From assembly GCF_009914755.1 (NCBI RefSeq), contig NC_060945.1: 64,000 bases of DNA, one strand, 5' to 3'. Below are positions 42,025 to 56,190 of this stretch, in pieces. Within the stretch, counting starts at the first letter, position 1. Every line of letters starts with the position of its first letter. Source of the DNA: the human T2T-CHM13v2.0 reference genome, Homo sapiens. Under the pieces are notes generated by a model. That model did not search any database. It was not told where the DNA came from and saw only the letters and a program-made list of their open reading frames with translations. A program made the position numbers and the translations under genes.

Positions 42025-42480
42025 GTGATACCCAATGTCCATTTCCTATTCTTCCTTTCAAAAAGTGGCCATAAACAGAACCCTGATTTTGTTGAGGATA
42101 ACAGTGTGCTTAGGTAAGAGATGTCATTTCCCATCATTTCATGTAGCTTGGCACAGTCGTGTGAATAACTTCTGCATGCAACCCCCAGGGAAGCTTTCTA
42201 AAGGGCCTTTTCCTTCCCTTTCCTTCTGACTGGAATGTGGACATGATGTCCAGAGCTCAGGCAGCCATCCTGGGCCACAAAACATCATTGTGAATGGATG
42301 CCAAGTGTTGGGGATGATGGAGAAGAAAGATATAAGGAGTCTAGGTTTTTGATGACATAGTGGAGCTGCCCAGTCAGCCTTGGGCTACTTACAACTGGAA
42401 TTACCATAAGAAAGAAATAAACTTTTATTTTGTTTAAATGACTACTTTCTTCTGATCTCTAAATGCAACTTCTAACTTAT
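42025..42480 (+). mobile_element. ERVL-MaLR LTR (MLT1J/K-like)
   Basis: aacagaaccctgattttgtt...tggaatgtggacatgatg...gcagccatcctg...agaaataaactt. Confidence 0.8.
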
Positions 42481-43299
42481 GGAGTTACAGGAAAGCTGGA
42501 AAAGATATATTTATTAGTCTTTAGGAAAGACAAATCCACAACTCACTACAGTATGGTCTGAATGTGACTTGATCCAATGATCTAATGAAAACATAAACTC
42601 AGTGGGGAGCATTCCAGAGAGAGAAGAAATTAATTCTGCTAAGAAGAAGGTATCAAGAAAAGCTTGTTGTACCTTGGATGGAGGAAGATAAGAAGTGGAA
42701 CAGAAAACTCAGTAAGCAAAAGAAAGCCTGGACTCCAAGAAGTTGAGCTTAAGTGATGGCAAGTTGGTTGCAAAAAAATGGCTTTGATATTTCCAAAATG
42801 ATTTTCTTTAAGTTTTCAGCAAAGCATTGACTAGTCATAGACTTTTAGACCTTGTTCTGTGGACCCAGATCTAAACCAAACTGCAAGTTTGTGTCACTTG
42901 AGATATTATCTACCAGCACATTTAAGTCTCTTTCTTTAAACATATCACTTCAGTGGTGATATCTTAAGCTACAGAAAGAGTCATCTTCCTTTACACATTT
43001 GGCTATAATTGAGTAGAGATGACTTTTATAAGATTCAGTCCTACAGTCTTAGGCCTGGGTTAAAAAGCTGTCTTTGACTGAAGTGGGAGGAGAAAGGAGA
43101 AAAGGAGAGGGGAAATAGTTATTTGGGATCCCTTCTGGGATATCCCTTCTGACTCCTTGTGGCAGGAGTGATTGTCTGATTGTTTCATTGCAGGGGTCAG
43201 GCTGGAGCAGAGCCTCAAAGGCAGGAGGGTAAAGAATTAGGGCTCCAACCCCAGGGGCTAACGATGCTAGGGAACTTCAGGAGCTTATGACATATCCCT

Positions 43300-43705
43300 G
43301 ACTTCTCCCTCTGGTGTTCAACAAATATCCATGTAATCCTAACCTTTCCTTGGCCTCTCTTACAGTTAGGGCAGGACCAACTAATTAGATTGTGGTTAAT
43401 GGGATGTAAGTGGGAATAAGCTAACCTCTTCCAGGTTGAGAACTTAAAGGTGTCCTATATTATAATCCCACCCACCCTCTCTCCCCTCACTGTAGTGACA
43501 TTATATCTTGAATTACAGATGCCATAGCTACAAGGTGGGAGCAGCCTGGGACCCTGAATCACTGCGTGGAAGAGATTCTCGCAGAGGAGAAGTTTTCAAA
43601 GCATCTGTCTTTGTGTGAGCAGGAAATAAGCGTTGGTGGTATGAAGACATTGAAACATGGGAATATTTGTGATGGCAGCTGGCATTAATTACTCTGATTT
43701 TGACA
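43300..43705 (+). mobile_element. ERVL-MaLR LTR (MLT1I/J2-like)
   Basis: gcagcctgggaccctgaatcactgcgtgga...tgtgtgagcaggaaataa. Confidence 0.7.
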
Positions 43706-43749
43706 TTACTTCTTGGCAAGGAAAATAAGTGAGAGGTGGTGCACCTTTG

Positions 43750-44190
43750 ATGAGAAGCATGGGATTCGGAGTTGGAAAATACAGCCTTCAGCTTGATTCC
43801 TGGGTGAGTTTGGGCAAGTTTCTTAACTTCTTCAGCCCCAGATTTTTATCTATAAAAATGAGAATAATGGCTGTGCCTCCTTCCTAGGGCAGTTTTTTAT
43901 TTTTCAAAGTATGGTTGCACAGAAAACCTGCATCAGAAATACCCACAGGACTATTACACTGCAAATCACTGTGTGCCCATCTGGAAGCTACCGAATCCAG
44001 ATCTTTGTGGGTGGGAGGAAGTCTATTTTTTTTTTTTAAAGTTATCCAGGGGACTCTTACACTTACTAAAGTTGGAGGATGATTGTTCTAAGCAGTTGTG
44101 AGGATTGCATGAGACAATACGAACAAAGACTTTAGGACTATATCTGGCCCATGGTAAGTGCTCCATATATGGAAGCAATTATTTTTATCA
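43750..44190 (+). mobile_element. MIR interrupted by MER5A (43890-44085)
   Basis: MIR core stops at ttcctaggg and resumes at gttgtgaggatt; insert has caaagtatggt...gcatcagaa...taaagttggagg. Confidence 0.75.
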
Positions 44191-47127
44191 TTAGAGCACA
44201 CTGTGGTGTAGAATAACTTGGTCAGAAAAGCTAGGCAAGTCCATGAAGGGGAAAAAGGGAGATGGCATTACTCTTTCTCAGGATTATAACTCTGAACTCA
44301 AAGGGAGCCAAGAGGGCAGGCACACTGAATGTAACCCGATTTGACTTAAACGGAAGACTGAGGCAAATCATTGATGTGTTGAGTATTCAGCAACAGAATA
44401 ACAACCTGAAAACAGATGAAGGAGAAGGTTGCTGTCCTAACAGCAAAATCCCTTAAGACTCCCAGGCTTTCCGAAGGTGAATTTTTAAGCATTGATGGAA
44501 ATGCGTTAATGAGCATATAAAATTGTGGTTGAATGGTGACCACCATGCCTGAAGCTCTGTTGAAAAATTATTGACAGCTATATTGCTTATTCCTGTAGTG
44601 GTTAGGAAATGAAATGCCTTTCTCTAATCAAGTAATTGCATTAAGGAGCTACTGGGAACATTTGGTTGCTTTTCCGGAATAGGCAAGAAGTCAACTGCAC
44701 TTCAACCAGGTTAACTGTCAAGAGGAGTTTGGCTCAAATTTCTTTTAGTTCAACTAACATCTTTTTTTTCCTCATGCATATGCAAGCAAAAGTATAAAAA
44801 TAAATTCAGCTAATAGCCAAAACAAAACAGCACATTTGTAGTAAATCCTGCCTGTTTCTGAAATAAAATTCAGCAAAAGATGTGTTTTTGTTTTTTCTGT
44901 TTAAGGGAGAGATGGTGGAGATGTGGGTTTTGGCACAAACCTTAAACCCTAAAATGAGCTGCAACACAGGTGGAGTGAGATGGATTTCCAGTGACTAAGG
45001 CAGACAGCGTCATGCCCAGCTTTAACTGTGTGAAGATTCATTGTGAATTTTGCCATAGCCCAAGCAGAAAGAAGATACATTTTCTGGTTACAATAGTTTT
45101 GGTTGGCAGAATTTACCTGAAAATTCACTCAAAAAAGTCTCTCATTTGAAAGATGAACTGGTAGAGAATTGTGAACATACAGAACAAGGATATAAGTAGA
45201 CAGAACACAGTCATTTTTTTGTTGAAGTTGTTACTGTGAAATTTCAAGCTCCTTGGGTCTTCGAAAGGCCACTTTTATGTCTGCAGCTCCATAGAGATAC
45301 AACCACTGAAATAAAAAACACAGTGACTGGGCCATTTTGTTTACACAGTGCCACATTCTTGGCCAGTCTTGTTTGTCACCAAATGGCCTGATGAATGCTG
45401 TTTTGATGTCACGCCCTAGATACCACTTTGTGTTTTTGTGCTCTTGGGCATGAATGGGTGACTAGCTCACTCATGGGCTGTGGCTCTAAGGCCCCTGGTT
45501 ACTGAGCAAAGTTGATCTGAATTGCTAGAACATTTGAGCCCATTTGCCCCATCCTGCTCGTTCTCCTCCTCTTCCTCTTTTTCTCTCCCATATATACAGT
45601 GATATGCAGGGCATACCACTACATCATAGATCTCAGTCCTCAAAGCTTACAAAATTACTTCCATTTGTGAGGTAAACTAACTCTTGTTCCTCAGTCTTGA
45701 ATTTACCCACCAGGCTTGCTGCAAAGAATGAGCTTAAAAATAACCTGATGATTTCCACGTGGCAGGGCCACGGGTTACAGAGCACAGCCTGTGCCCCTAG
45801 GACAGGCACCCACATTGTTCTTTTTGGAAGGAGTGGATCTGATGCCAGGGAAAGGTGACACAAGAAAGAAGCTGGCCACGAAGCCTCTGAGCTTTGTGAC
45901 CTGATGCTCACCTGACGCATGGCCAGGCTGTCTCCTCTCTGCCAAATAGGGAGAGAAACTCTGACTTGGCCGACATCGTGGGTGTGTTAGGTAATATTTG
46001 CCAACTGCTTTGAAGATGAAAAGCGTTATGGGGCACTAAATGTGATAATTATCAATTATAAAACCTCACTACTCCCTGGAACACTAGGGGCGAATGAGCA
46101 GGAAATATAAATGTTTGTGACAGGAAGCCAGGAGCCAGGATGGCTCGTGAAATGTGAAAAGTTCAACACACAGTGCCCTTACCTGGGGCAAGCCAGGAAC
46201 TCATTTGTCTTTGGAAGGTAAATGCTTCCTTGAGCTAACGAGGTGGCCCCCTGAGAGACTACCTTATTAAGTACTCCTGGAATTCTGGGCAAGGGGTGCC
46301 TGTGTACCTCTCCAGTGCCACCTGGGTGCCATGAAAAAAATGTCCCACTTGGAGTTTGGCCTGGGCTTTTCCCTCATCCTTTCTCTATTATCCGAGGATA
46401 ACAGGGTGATAGACTGAAGACCTCTGGGCCGTTCAGATATTCGTACATTCTAGACACACATCATGATGATATTCACACATCATAATCATTGAGCTTTTGC
46501 AAGGATCCCGGAATGAGGCACACACCTCCTCTGGCCATTTGATTGTGTTTATAAACTGAAGTGTTCTTGTCTTGGAAATCTTTAGCCTTTTCAGGGTCAT
46601 CTGGAATCCCGAGGCTGATGTCATGTCCGGCTATCGGCACATGTAGTGTAGGCAGTTTACTCTATGGCTTCATCTGAGGGGTATGGGGCAGGATGTCTGT
46701 CCCAGTAGCCAACCCTTTTGCCCGTCAGGCCACCAATGGGAATTTCTCTTGCCAGTGGTTTGTTTGTACAAGTCTCCCAACAAATGCATCCTTGTAAAGG
46801 ATGGCGGTAAAATAATAACTCCTTCTAGTTCATCTTTTTTGAAAGACAGACAAATTTGGGGGCACTCAGAAGAATTACAATTATTTACCTCCTGTGAGAT
46901 AAAGGGCTGTCTAACAGGCTGATGTGTGGCCAGGACAAAACAGAGCAGAAACAGTGCCCATTACTGAGCAAGTAGACAACACGGGACTCCAAGTCTAGAC
47001 ACTGCCAGCGCCCAGCTGTGTGCTTATGGCGAACCCCTTCCCCTCCCCTACAGAGGCTCAGTGAACATTCGTAAAATGAAACCAGCCCAGCTAGGCAAAT
47101 GATTTTAAGTCCTTCCTTGCTCTAAAG

Positions 47128-48020
47128 ACTCAAACAAATTTACAAGAAAAAAACAAACAACCCCATCAAAAAGTGGGCAAAGGATATGAACAGACACTTC
47201 TCAAAAGAAGACATTTATGCAGCCAAAAGACACATGAAAAAATGCTCATCATCACTGGCCATCAGAGAAATGCAAATCAAAACCACAGTGAGATACCATC
47301 TCACACCAGTTAGAATGGCGATCATTCAAAAGTCAGGAAACAACAGATGCTGGAGAGGATGTGGAGAAATAGGAACACTTTTACACTGTTGGTGGGACTG
47401 TAAACTAGTTCAACCATTGTTGAAGTCAGTGTGGTGATTCCTCAGGGATCTAGAACTAGAAATACCATTTGACCCAGCCATCCCTTTACTGGGTATATAC
47501 CCAAAGGACTATAAATCATGCTGCTATAAAGACACATGCACACGTATGTTTATTGCGGCACTATTCACAATAGCAAAGACTTGGAACCAACCCAAATGTC
47601 CAACAATGATAGACTGGATTAAGAAAATGTGGCACATATACACCATGGAATACTATGCAGCCATAAAAAAGGATGAGTTCATGTCCTTTGTAGGGACATG
47701 GATGAAACTGGAAATCATCATTCTCAGTAAACTATCGCAAAGACAAAAAACCAAACACCGCATGTTCTCACTCATAGATGGGAATTGAACAATGAGAACA
47801 CATGGACACAGGAAGGGGAACATCACACTCTGGGGACTGTTGTGGGGTGGGGGGAGTGGGGAGGGATAGCATTAGGAGATATACCTAATGCTAAATGACG
47901 AGTTAATGGGTGCAGCACACCAGCCTGGCACATGTATACATATGTAACTAACCTGCACATTGTGCACATGTACCCTAAAACTTAAAGTATAATAATAAAA
48001 AAAGACATATCCAAAAAAAA
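47128..48020 (+). mobile_element. L1PA (about L1PA3/4), 5'-truncated
   Basis: ORF2 end (with stop), 3'UTR and poly(A); TSD aaagactcaa at 47124-47133 and 48021-48030; GAG rather than ACA at the Ta diagnostic site. Confidence 0.98.
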
Positions 48021-48099
48021 AAAGACTCAATGTTTTTTGAGCTACAGGTCTCCAGTGGTATTGTTAGGGGAACAAAGAAGTGCACTGTGACTTTCCTGG

Positions 48100-48280
48100 G
48101 AGAAGCTACCAGCTGCGTGACCCTGGGCAAGGTACGCAAGCTCTCTGTCCCTCAGTTCCTTCACCTCAAAATGGGGATAACAATGTATCTACCTCATAGG
48201 ATTCTGAGGATTACACAAGCTAATACTAAGGCATGGAGAACAGTGCCTAGCACATCATAAATGCAGTGTGGATGTTGGTG
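48100..48280 (+). mobile_element. MIR
   Basis: gctgcgtgaccctgggcaag...ctcagttcct...aaaatggggataacaatgtatctacctcatagg. Confidence 0.9.
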
Positions 48281-48960
48281 AATAAATAGAAAGAAAATAA
48301 ACTACAGATTCCTTTGGCAGTTAGAGAGAGACACAGAGTTAAGGCCCTGAAGTGCATTAAAAATAAGACCAGAAGAGAGAAGATAAGAAGACCTGAACGT
48401 ACTAAAGAAGCAAATATTTAGAAAAAGTTAAGGAGCTGGAAGCATCTCATCCGGGTTGGGATGAGTGGTGGTGGGTGGTTCATTTCTTTAGGAACCTGAG
48501 TACCTGAGGGAGAAAGCTCAGCTGGGAACTGGAGTTAGAAGGAAAAAGTATCAAGAGCACTGAGTGCCTCCAGCTGGTCCTAAAGCTGATAAGCCTAGTC
48601 TTCTGGGGAGAGGCTGATCCCTGCTGGGAACCCATCAGTACTGAGGAAGAACAGTGAGGACTAGAGAAGGAGCAATTGTGCAGGGTGGGCAACCTAGTAA
48701 CAGGGTCAAGGGGGCTACCTGGATGAGGAGGGGAGCACCAGGGGTGTAGGACTGGGCTGGCAGGTGAGGTTATGTTCAGAGGGCTCCAGTGGGAAATCTG
48801 GCATGTGGAGGTCGGCTTGCACAGGGGGTCAGCGAGCAGAGACACAGAAGAGCAGAACTCAGTAACACAGGCAGGGGTCCAGCACCAGATCGGGGCATCG
48901 GTCACAAGAGAGAAGCTTGGGGCAAAATCTGGGAATTTCCAGGAACACAGCTGTTCTGTG

Positions 48961-49345
48961 TGTGGTAGAGACTCAACCATGTGTTCACCAAATCCATTTC
49001 CTGTTCTTCCTGGGTCCATGACTACAGAAATGTCCTGGGCTCCCTGCTGCCCCGGCTCCCGATAGGTGGAAGCTGGCTTGTGACTGAGTCTGACCAGTGG
49101 ACTATGAACAGAAGTGGGGAGCATCCCAGGCTTGGTCCCAAAGGCTCCCCTGCAAGATCCTCCACTCTTACCCTTTCCTGCTGACTGGGTGCAGACCAAC
49201 ATGACACGTTTGGGAGATGGAAGAGCCATGGATGGAAGAAGCTTGGGTCACTGAATCTGATTTGGAACACCTATTTTGGAACATACTGCAATAACTACTT
49301 AGATTTCTGGATTTTGTTGTTACATCTGTCAGTGTTATAAATGTA
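48961..49345 (+). mobile_element. ERVL-MaLR LTR (MLT1J1/J2-like)
   Basis: tgtggtagagact...ttcaccaaatccatttcc...tgtgactgagtctgaccagtgg...gatggaagagcc. Confidence 0.75.
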
Positions 49346-49886
49346 AACCAGTAAGCTGAGGCTTTCATGGATAGAATCAATCAAAGGTTAAGGTCAAAGA
49401 CATTCTGAGACTTGCCCAGCCTTAAGATGAAGCAATAGAGGGCCCTTTGGTGCTTGGTGGCTGCAACCGTGGCTGAGTTCTAGGAGGCAGTTTATTTTTT
49501 GTTGCTTGTGTATAATTTTTACCCCAAGAATCCCTTATGGTGCTGGCTGTGACCGATGAACAAACTCTTAGTGTTTAATGTGTGTGTCTGTAAACACAGG
49601 GAGAAGGGAAAGCTGCCTGAAGATTGGACAAAGAGCCTTGTAAATGTCTTGGGGTGAATGACAATGGGAAGATTAGGAGGAGTCTGCTGGGGAGCTGCCT
49701 GCAAAGGTCCCCTCTTATTCAGGAATTGTATCATCAGCTGAGTCCTTTGGAATTAGCAGACAGTTGTGAAGATAAAATAGTCTTGTAGCATAAGAAGCCG
49801 TAGGTAGTCTGGGAGCTATAAAAGCTCCTCATTAGTGACAAGATTTTAACAAAACCAAATAAATTTTAAGAAACAAGGACATTCAT

Positions 49887-50220
<334 letters not shown>

Positions 50221-50680
50221 CTAAATATTTTGACTCACTACATGAGAGAGTGACAAATTGTGATATCTGAAGAAAAGTCTGGGTAAAATTTCCACAACAG
50301 ACTTTGCAATTTAGTGATTCTGATCATCTGAACTTCAGTTCCTTGTAGCTTGTGAAGAGCCTATCACTTTCTTTAACAATGTATTAGCAGGACAGAGGAA
50401 AGTGACTTTAAGGCAAGCAGTAGCAGCTCGTATATTTTACTAATAACGACACCTGGCCGTAAGTCAGGCGGTTACAGTCCCTAGGTGAGCAACAATTTTA
50501 GTCATGACACACAGACAATATTCTTTGCCAAATAAATTTTCCATAAGAAGAGGGAGGACCAGGCATATTTGGTGTTGAAGGATTGATTCCTATTTTTCAG
50601 TAAATTATGTCTCTAAATTAGTGTGCTTCTGTCAGTATGCATTCTGGTACATTCAACAGTTCTTATTGTTTTTAGTGGAA

Positions 50681-50985
50681 TTTTTTTTTCTTTTTCCTTT
50701 TGTGAGACAGAGTCTCACTCTGTCACCGAGGCTGGAGTGCAGTGGCATAATCACAACTCACTGTAGCCTCAATCTCCTGGGCTCAAGTGATCCTCCCATT
50801 TCAGCCTCCTGAGTAGCTGGGACTACAGGTGCATGCCACCTTGCCTGATTAATTTTTGAAAAAAAATTTTTTGTAGAGACTTGCTATGTTGCCCAGGCTG
50901 GTTTCAAACTCCTGGGCTTAAGTGATCCTCCTGCCTTGGCCTCCCAAAGTGCTGAGATTATAAGCATGTGCCACTGTGCCCAGCT
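50681..50985 (-). mobile_element. Alu (AluJ-like)
   Basis: Antisense dimer with J diagnostics. Confidence 0.95.
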
Positions 50986-52780
50986 GTAAGTTGTATTTAA
51001 ATTCTTTTTTTTCCATTTATAGATTGTTTTGATGTTTGAGAAGTTCATTGCACTGTTTGCTCCCACTAAATATTTTTAAACATTTAGGAAGAAGAGGCTG
51101 TGTTTCGCCTGAGGCAAAGGACTGAGAACTCCACAACTAAGAGTTTGTTTAGAACTCAAAACAGGATGTTCTGTTTGACCAAAAGAAAGTTTCTTTCTCT
51201 GCTTTTCATTCTCCTGTTAACTCTTCCCTTTTGCTAGCATATAAAAGATAATATCACCAAACAGCCAGTAAAGGAACGACTTATAAAAATTTGTAGTAAT
51301 CTGGCAAGATTTTTCCCTTCTATTTTGTTAAATCTTAAGATTGCTCAACCATTGATGTGATTGTTGTTTGTGTGTTTTTTTCTTTACCACGCCACCCTGG
51401 CATTTTGAGGCTGTGCTTGGGTGAAAAAGTTAAGCCAAAAGATCTCGGCTATACAGTCCAAATCCAGATTTATGCACCACGCAAGTTTCCACTCCCTCGT
51501 TCACAGACATACGCATTCGCGTTGCAATCATTTTGCAAAGGGTGATTCAGAGATGGGGAACATGGCGTTTCTTCTGAGAAGCAAATGAGTAGGTTGACCC
51601 ACAGTGCTCACTTTCCTGCCTCACCGTTGTCACTGTCCTGACAACCTTGGTGAGTTTGGCTATGGGAATAAAATCTGAATATGTATTCTTGAACTTTGCC
51701 ACCACATCACAGGCCTGCCCTATTATCATCTAAGAGAGCCCCCAGCAAACGGAGGGAAGGAGGAAACACCCTTGCCCAACATCAGCACTTTGTTCTCAAT
51801 GAGTTTTAAAAGCTCCGAAGGCGGTTCTAAGGAGCAGTCAAGGCTGAGAACTCTGTTAACAGAGCACAGGTTAGACTGCAGTCCTCCTGGGACAGGGCTG
51901 GGACTCTGGTGTTTGTATCTTTAAGCGCTCAGCCCAGCAGGCAGCACAGAAGAAACGCCCACGAAGAACCTAGGGTGCGAAGGAGCACACTCTTTGGTTT
52001 CCAAAGACCAGTCCTGGCTTCCCTGAACCCTGAACCACTGCTCTGTGTTTATGGCCAACTGGGACGAAGGTGCTGGGTCCACGTGGAAGATGACACTCCT
52101 CCCCCCGGCACATCTGCAGAGAGGCTGTCCAGGACAGTAGTGGCCTTTTAAAGCTCCTGCAGAGAGGAGTCCTTGTAAGACCAGGTTGCTGCTACGTGAG
52201 GATGAAAAAGCCCAGAACTGAGAGTCGTCTCTCGTCCTAGTTTGGCCACTGACTGAGCAGCTCAGTATTGGTCACTGAACCTCAATGTTTTCAAATATGA
52301 TGTGAGCTGGTTGCACTCAGAGGTTCAACATCCATCCTTCTATTTGCCCAGCAACCATGGGAGAAGGAGAAGAAAAGACCTGAAATAAGGGAACTTTGAC
52401 AGCCAAGGGTGGCCTTTGATTCTCCCTCCCTTGATCTGTAAGTTGTTCAAGCTATAGTCCACCCCCAAGAAGTATCACAACTGGGCAGGTCCGGAGGCGA
52501 GACAAGATGTGGATTTTGACGGTGAATCAATGGGGCATTATTCAGCACAGCTGTCTCTACCCCGACGCTGAAACAGGGAGATCCAGAGCACAGTTAATGT
52601 GAGAGCAGATTCCTCCAGAAGGGAGGCTTTCGAGAGACCCACTGGGCCTGACTGTCAGGTACAAGGAACCCTGAGCCTGGCACAAGCAAGCAGCACACCT
52701 GATCTCTGTATATTCTAAGAGCCTGCATGCCTCAATTTCAAATAGATAAAGTTTATCATGTAGATGGAAGATTGGGATGG

Positions 52781-52805
52781 CATTCATTCATTCATTCATT
52801 CATTC
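52781..52805. repeat. (CATT)n microsatellite
   Basis: Direct inspection. Confidence 0.9.
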
Positions 52806-53000
52806 CAGGTTTTACCCCTGTACTCACAGAACTGATGAGGGAGAGGAAGTATCAGCCACTGCGATAAGGGTCTAGCCCAGTTGGGGGATACGTGCTGACC
52901 ACTGGAGGAACAGAGAACAACCAACAAACTCAACCAAGTGACCTGGAACAAGTGATGCCAACAGCAGCACCATGGAAGCTGAACTCAAGAAGTTCAGATG

Positions 53001-53370
<370 letters not shown>

Positions 53371-53671
53371 CTAGAATTACAGACACGCCCTATGCCTTCA
53401 TGTTGAAGAAGTACAAAGTTGAGGGAGGCAGAGGTGAGGAATCAGCCTTGTAGGTGGTGATGTCTCAGAGAGGAGCAAAGAGTAAGGAAAAGTAGTATGA
53501 TGGTTTCTGATCCAGTGTCTGCCACAAACCAGCTTTGTGACCAGGTGAATTATGTCCTCTGGGCCTCAGCTTCCTCACCTGCGCATTGAATGCAAAATAC
53601 CTATGATCTCTTCTGACTTGCCCTGAGGGCATGATGGCTGGCTAGACAAGCACCAACACCCACAATGCTCT

Positions 53672-54060
53672 CAGCACACACGTACACACAGGCTCACACT
53701 CACACGCATGCACACTTATGCTTGCACCTATGTGCTTGTACACATGCATGTACTCATTCACACACGCACCCTACCACACACAAGCACACTCACATACGTG
53801 CACACACCAATGTAGGCAGGGATGTGAATACACACACATGCTCACACACAGCCTTCCATGCACATGCTACATCCACACATACATGCTCATGCACACGCAC
53901 ATACACTCCTTTCCATGCACTTTCACACAAGTGCACAGTCCCCCACAACATGCACACTCTCACATATGCACACATACTCATATGCTCCCGCACGTGCACA
54001 CACACAGCCTCACACACATGCCAACACACTGCCATGCACATCCACACATCTACACACACA
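53672..54060. repeat. Degenerate (CA)n-rich array
   Basis: About 390 bp of CACA/CATG/CACG units. Confidence 0.92.
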
Positions 54061-54849
54061 GATCTGAGTGCCCTATAATCCACACTTTATTTCCAAATTT
54101 TCAGAAAGCAGTAACAGACCAGTCAGGAAAGGAAAATAAAAATCATCTGGAGCGTTTTTATGCAATCCTGATGATCTCGCAGCCTCGGGTTTAGTCTCTT
54201 TTTCCACTGCGTAGGGCCAGATACTTCCGTTTTTACATAGGTACCTCTTTTAGGGAGACAAAGCATTAAGAGCAATGAGCCAAGAGAAGAATTTGAAACA
54301 AAAGAAAAAAACACGAAAAAGAAAAAAAGAGAAAAAAAGCTTTTCCCATTCATGGCAAAAAAATAAAAAGGATGTTTGGAGTGTTCATGCAGGATATTTG
54401 TATAAAGAACTGCATGTCCTTGTTTACTTTCTGTGGAGCCCCATTTCCTCCCTAGAATTCCTGGTGGTCATACTCACCAGTTATGGGACTCTCGAGATGA
54501 AAATCTGTGACACAGAGCACACACACACACACCCAGGCAGGGGAGTCCTGTGAAGCTGGATGCTCTGAAATCTAGGGCATTTCCGAATCAAGTATCTACC
54601 TCCTTGTGCCTTGCCATTCTCTGACCTGGCCCCAGAGCTGCAAAGAGAAGCTGAGGAGGACATTGCTAAGGGTCACACCTGGTGACACCTGTGTGGCCTG
54701 TGGTTAACAGTTTGGGAAAGTAAGCATCCTCACTGCTGCATGCCAGGACAGGGATGGCTATGTGCCAGCCACATCCCAGGGCGGTCTCGATGGAGCAGTC
54801 CCCTCCTGTGGGTCTCTGATGTCCCCAGGAGAAAGGCACATTGGTGAGG

Positions 54850-55260
54850 TCTCACATTCAGTTACATAGTGCTCTTGCATTTCTTACCCCACTTCATCTG
54901 CACACTTCTATACATTAGATAGAGCCCTGTTTTACAGATCAGAAAACTGAGGCTGAGAGTGGTTAATTTGCCCAAGATCACAAGGCAAGAAAGTAGTGGA
55001 GCTTAAATTTGGATTTTCATTATCTAAGTCCAAACGTTGTTCTTTACCTTGCATCATGAATAATAATTAAAATAATAATAAATGATAAGCAAACATTTTT
55101 CAAGGGTTTACTAAGTGCCTCACGCCACTTTAAGTGCATTCTATGGATCAATTTATTTAACCTTACAATGCTATGAGGTGGATACTTTTATTATCCCCAG
55201 TTAGCAGATGTGGAAATCAAGCTCCAAATGGTTAAGCCACTTGCCTAAAGCCACATGGCC
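54850..55260 (-). mobile_element. Two tandem MIRs
   Basis: ttttacagatcagaaaactgaggct...ttgcccaagatcaca; second copy with ctatgaggtggatact...ggttaagccacttgcctaaagccaca. Confidence 0.8.
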
Positions 55261-55809
55261 AATGAAGGGAGAAGAAGATGCTTTGGTTTACTGCCCTGCT
55301 GTCCAGAGGAAGGCGTGAGGTAGCCCCCAACCCACACCCCCTCACTGACTGCTTTCAATGTACAACACCATAAGTATCTCACTCTGTCATGGACATTCAG
55401 AGAAGGCTTCACGCCACCAATCAATGACAACTTACTTTTTCCCCAAGGATCAGATAATTGATCTGATTATGCGTTTGCTGCAAATGGAAATTAACATCAT
55501 TTGCCCTTCTATTTATTTTTGCTTTTCCCACTGAAAATGCTATTATGGTTATATACGCCATAAAAGAATTGTAGTAATGTTGTATCTACATTAATTTCCA
55601 CCCAAGAGTTTTCGATTTTCACTTTTTATGGTGATGGAGGCTACAAACGAGAGAACTGCAGTGGCTGTAAATCGTTCTCTTCATGAAAATGTGCCAGATG
55701 AGGTGAAGGAAGGAGAGCGCAGGGGTCCTAAGAGTAAGGGCATATTTAAAAAATAAAAAGATTATTCATGCAATTATCCAATTTCTTCAGTAAGTGGAAA
55801 AAAATCTTA

Positions 55810-56190
<381 letters not shown>

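Noticed and set aside
47186-47788. 83- and 80-aa ORFs
   Set aside because: Interrupted ORF2p C-terminus of a 5'-truncated L1
53665-54194. His/Thr-rich and Cys/Val-rich ORFs
   Set aside because: Translation of the CA-rich repeat
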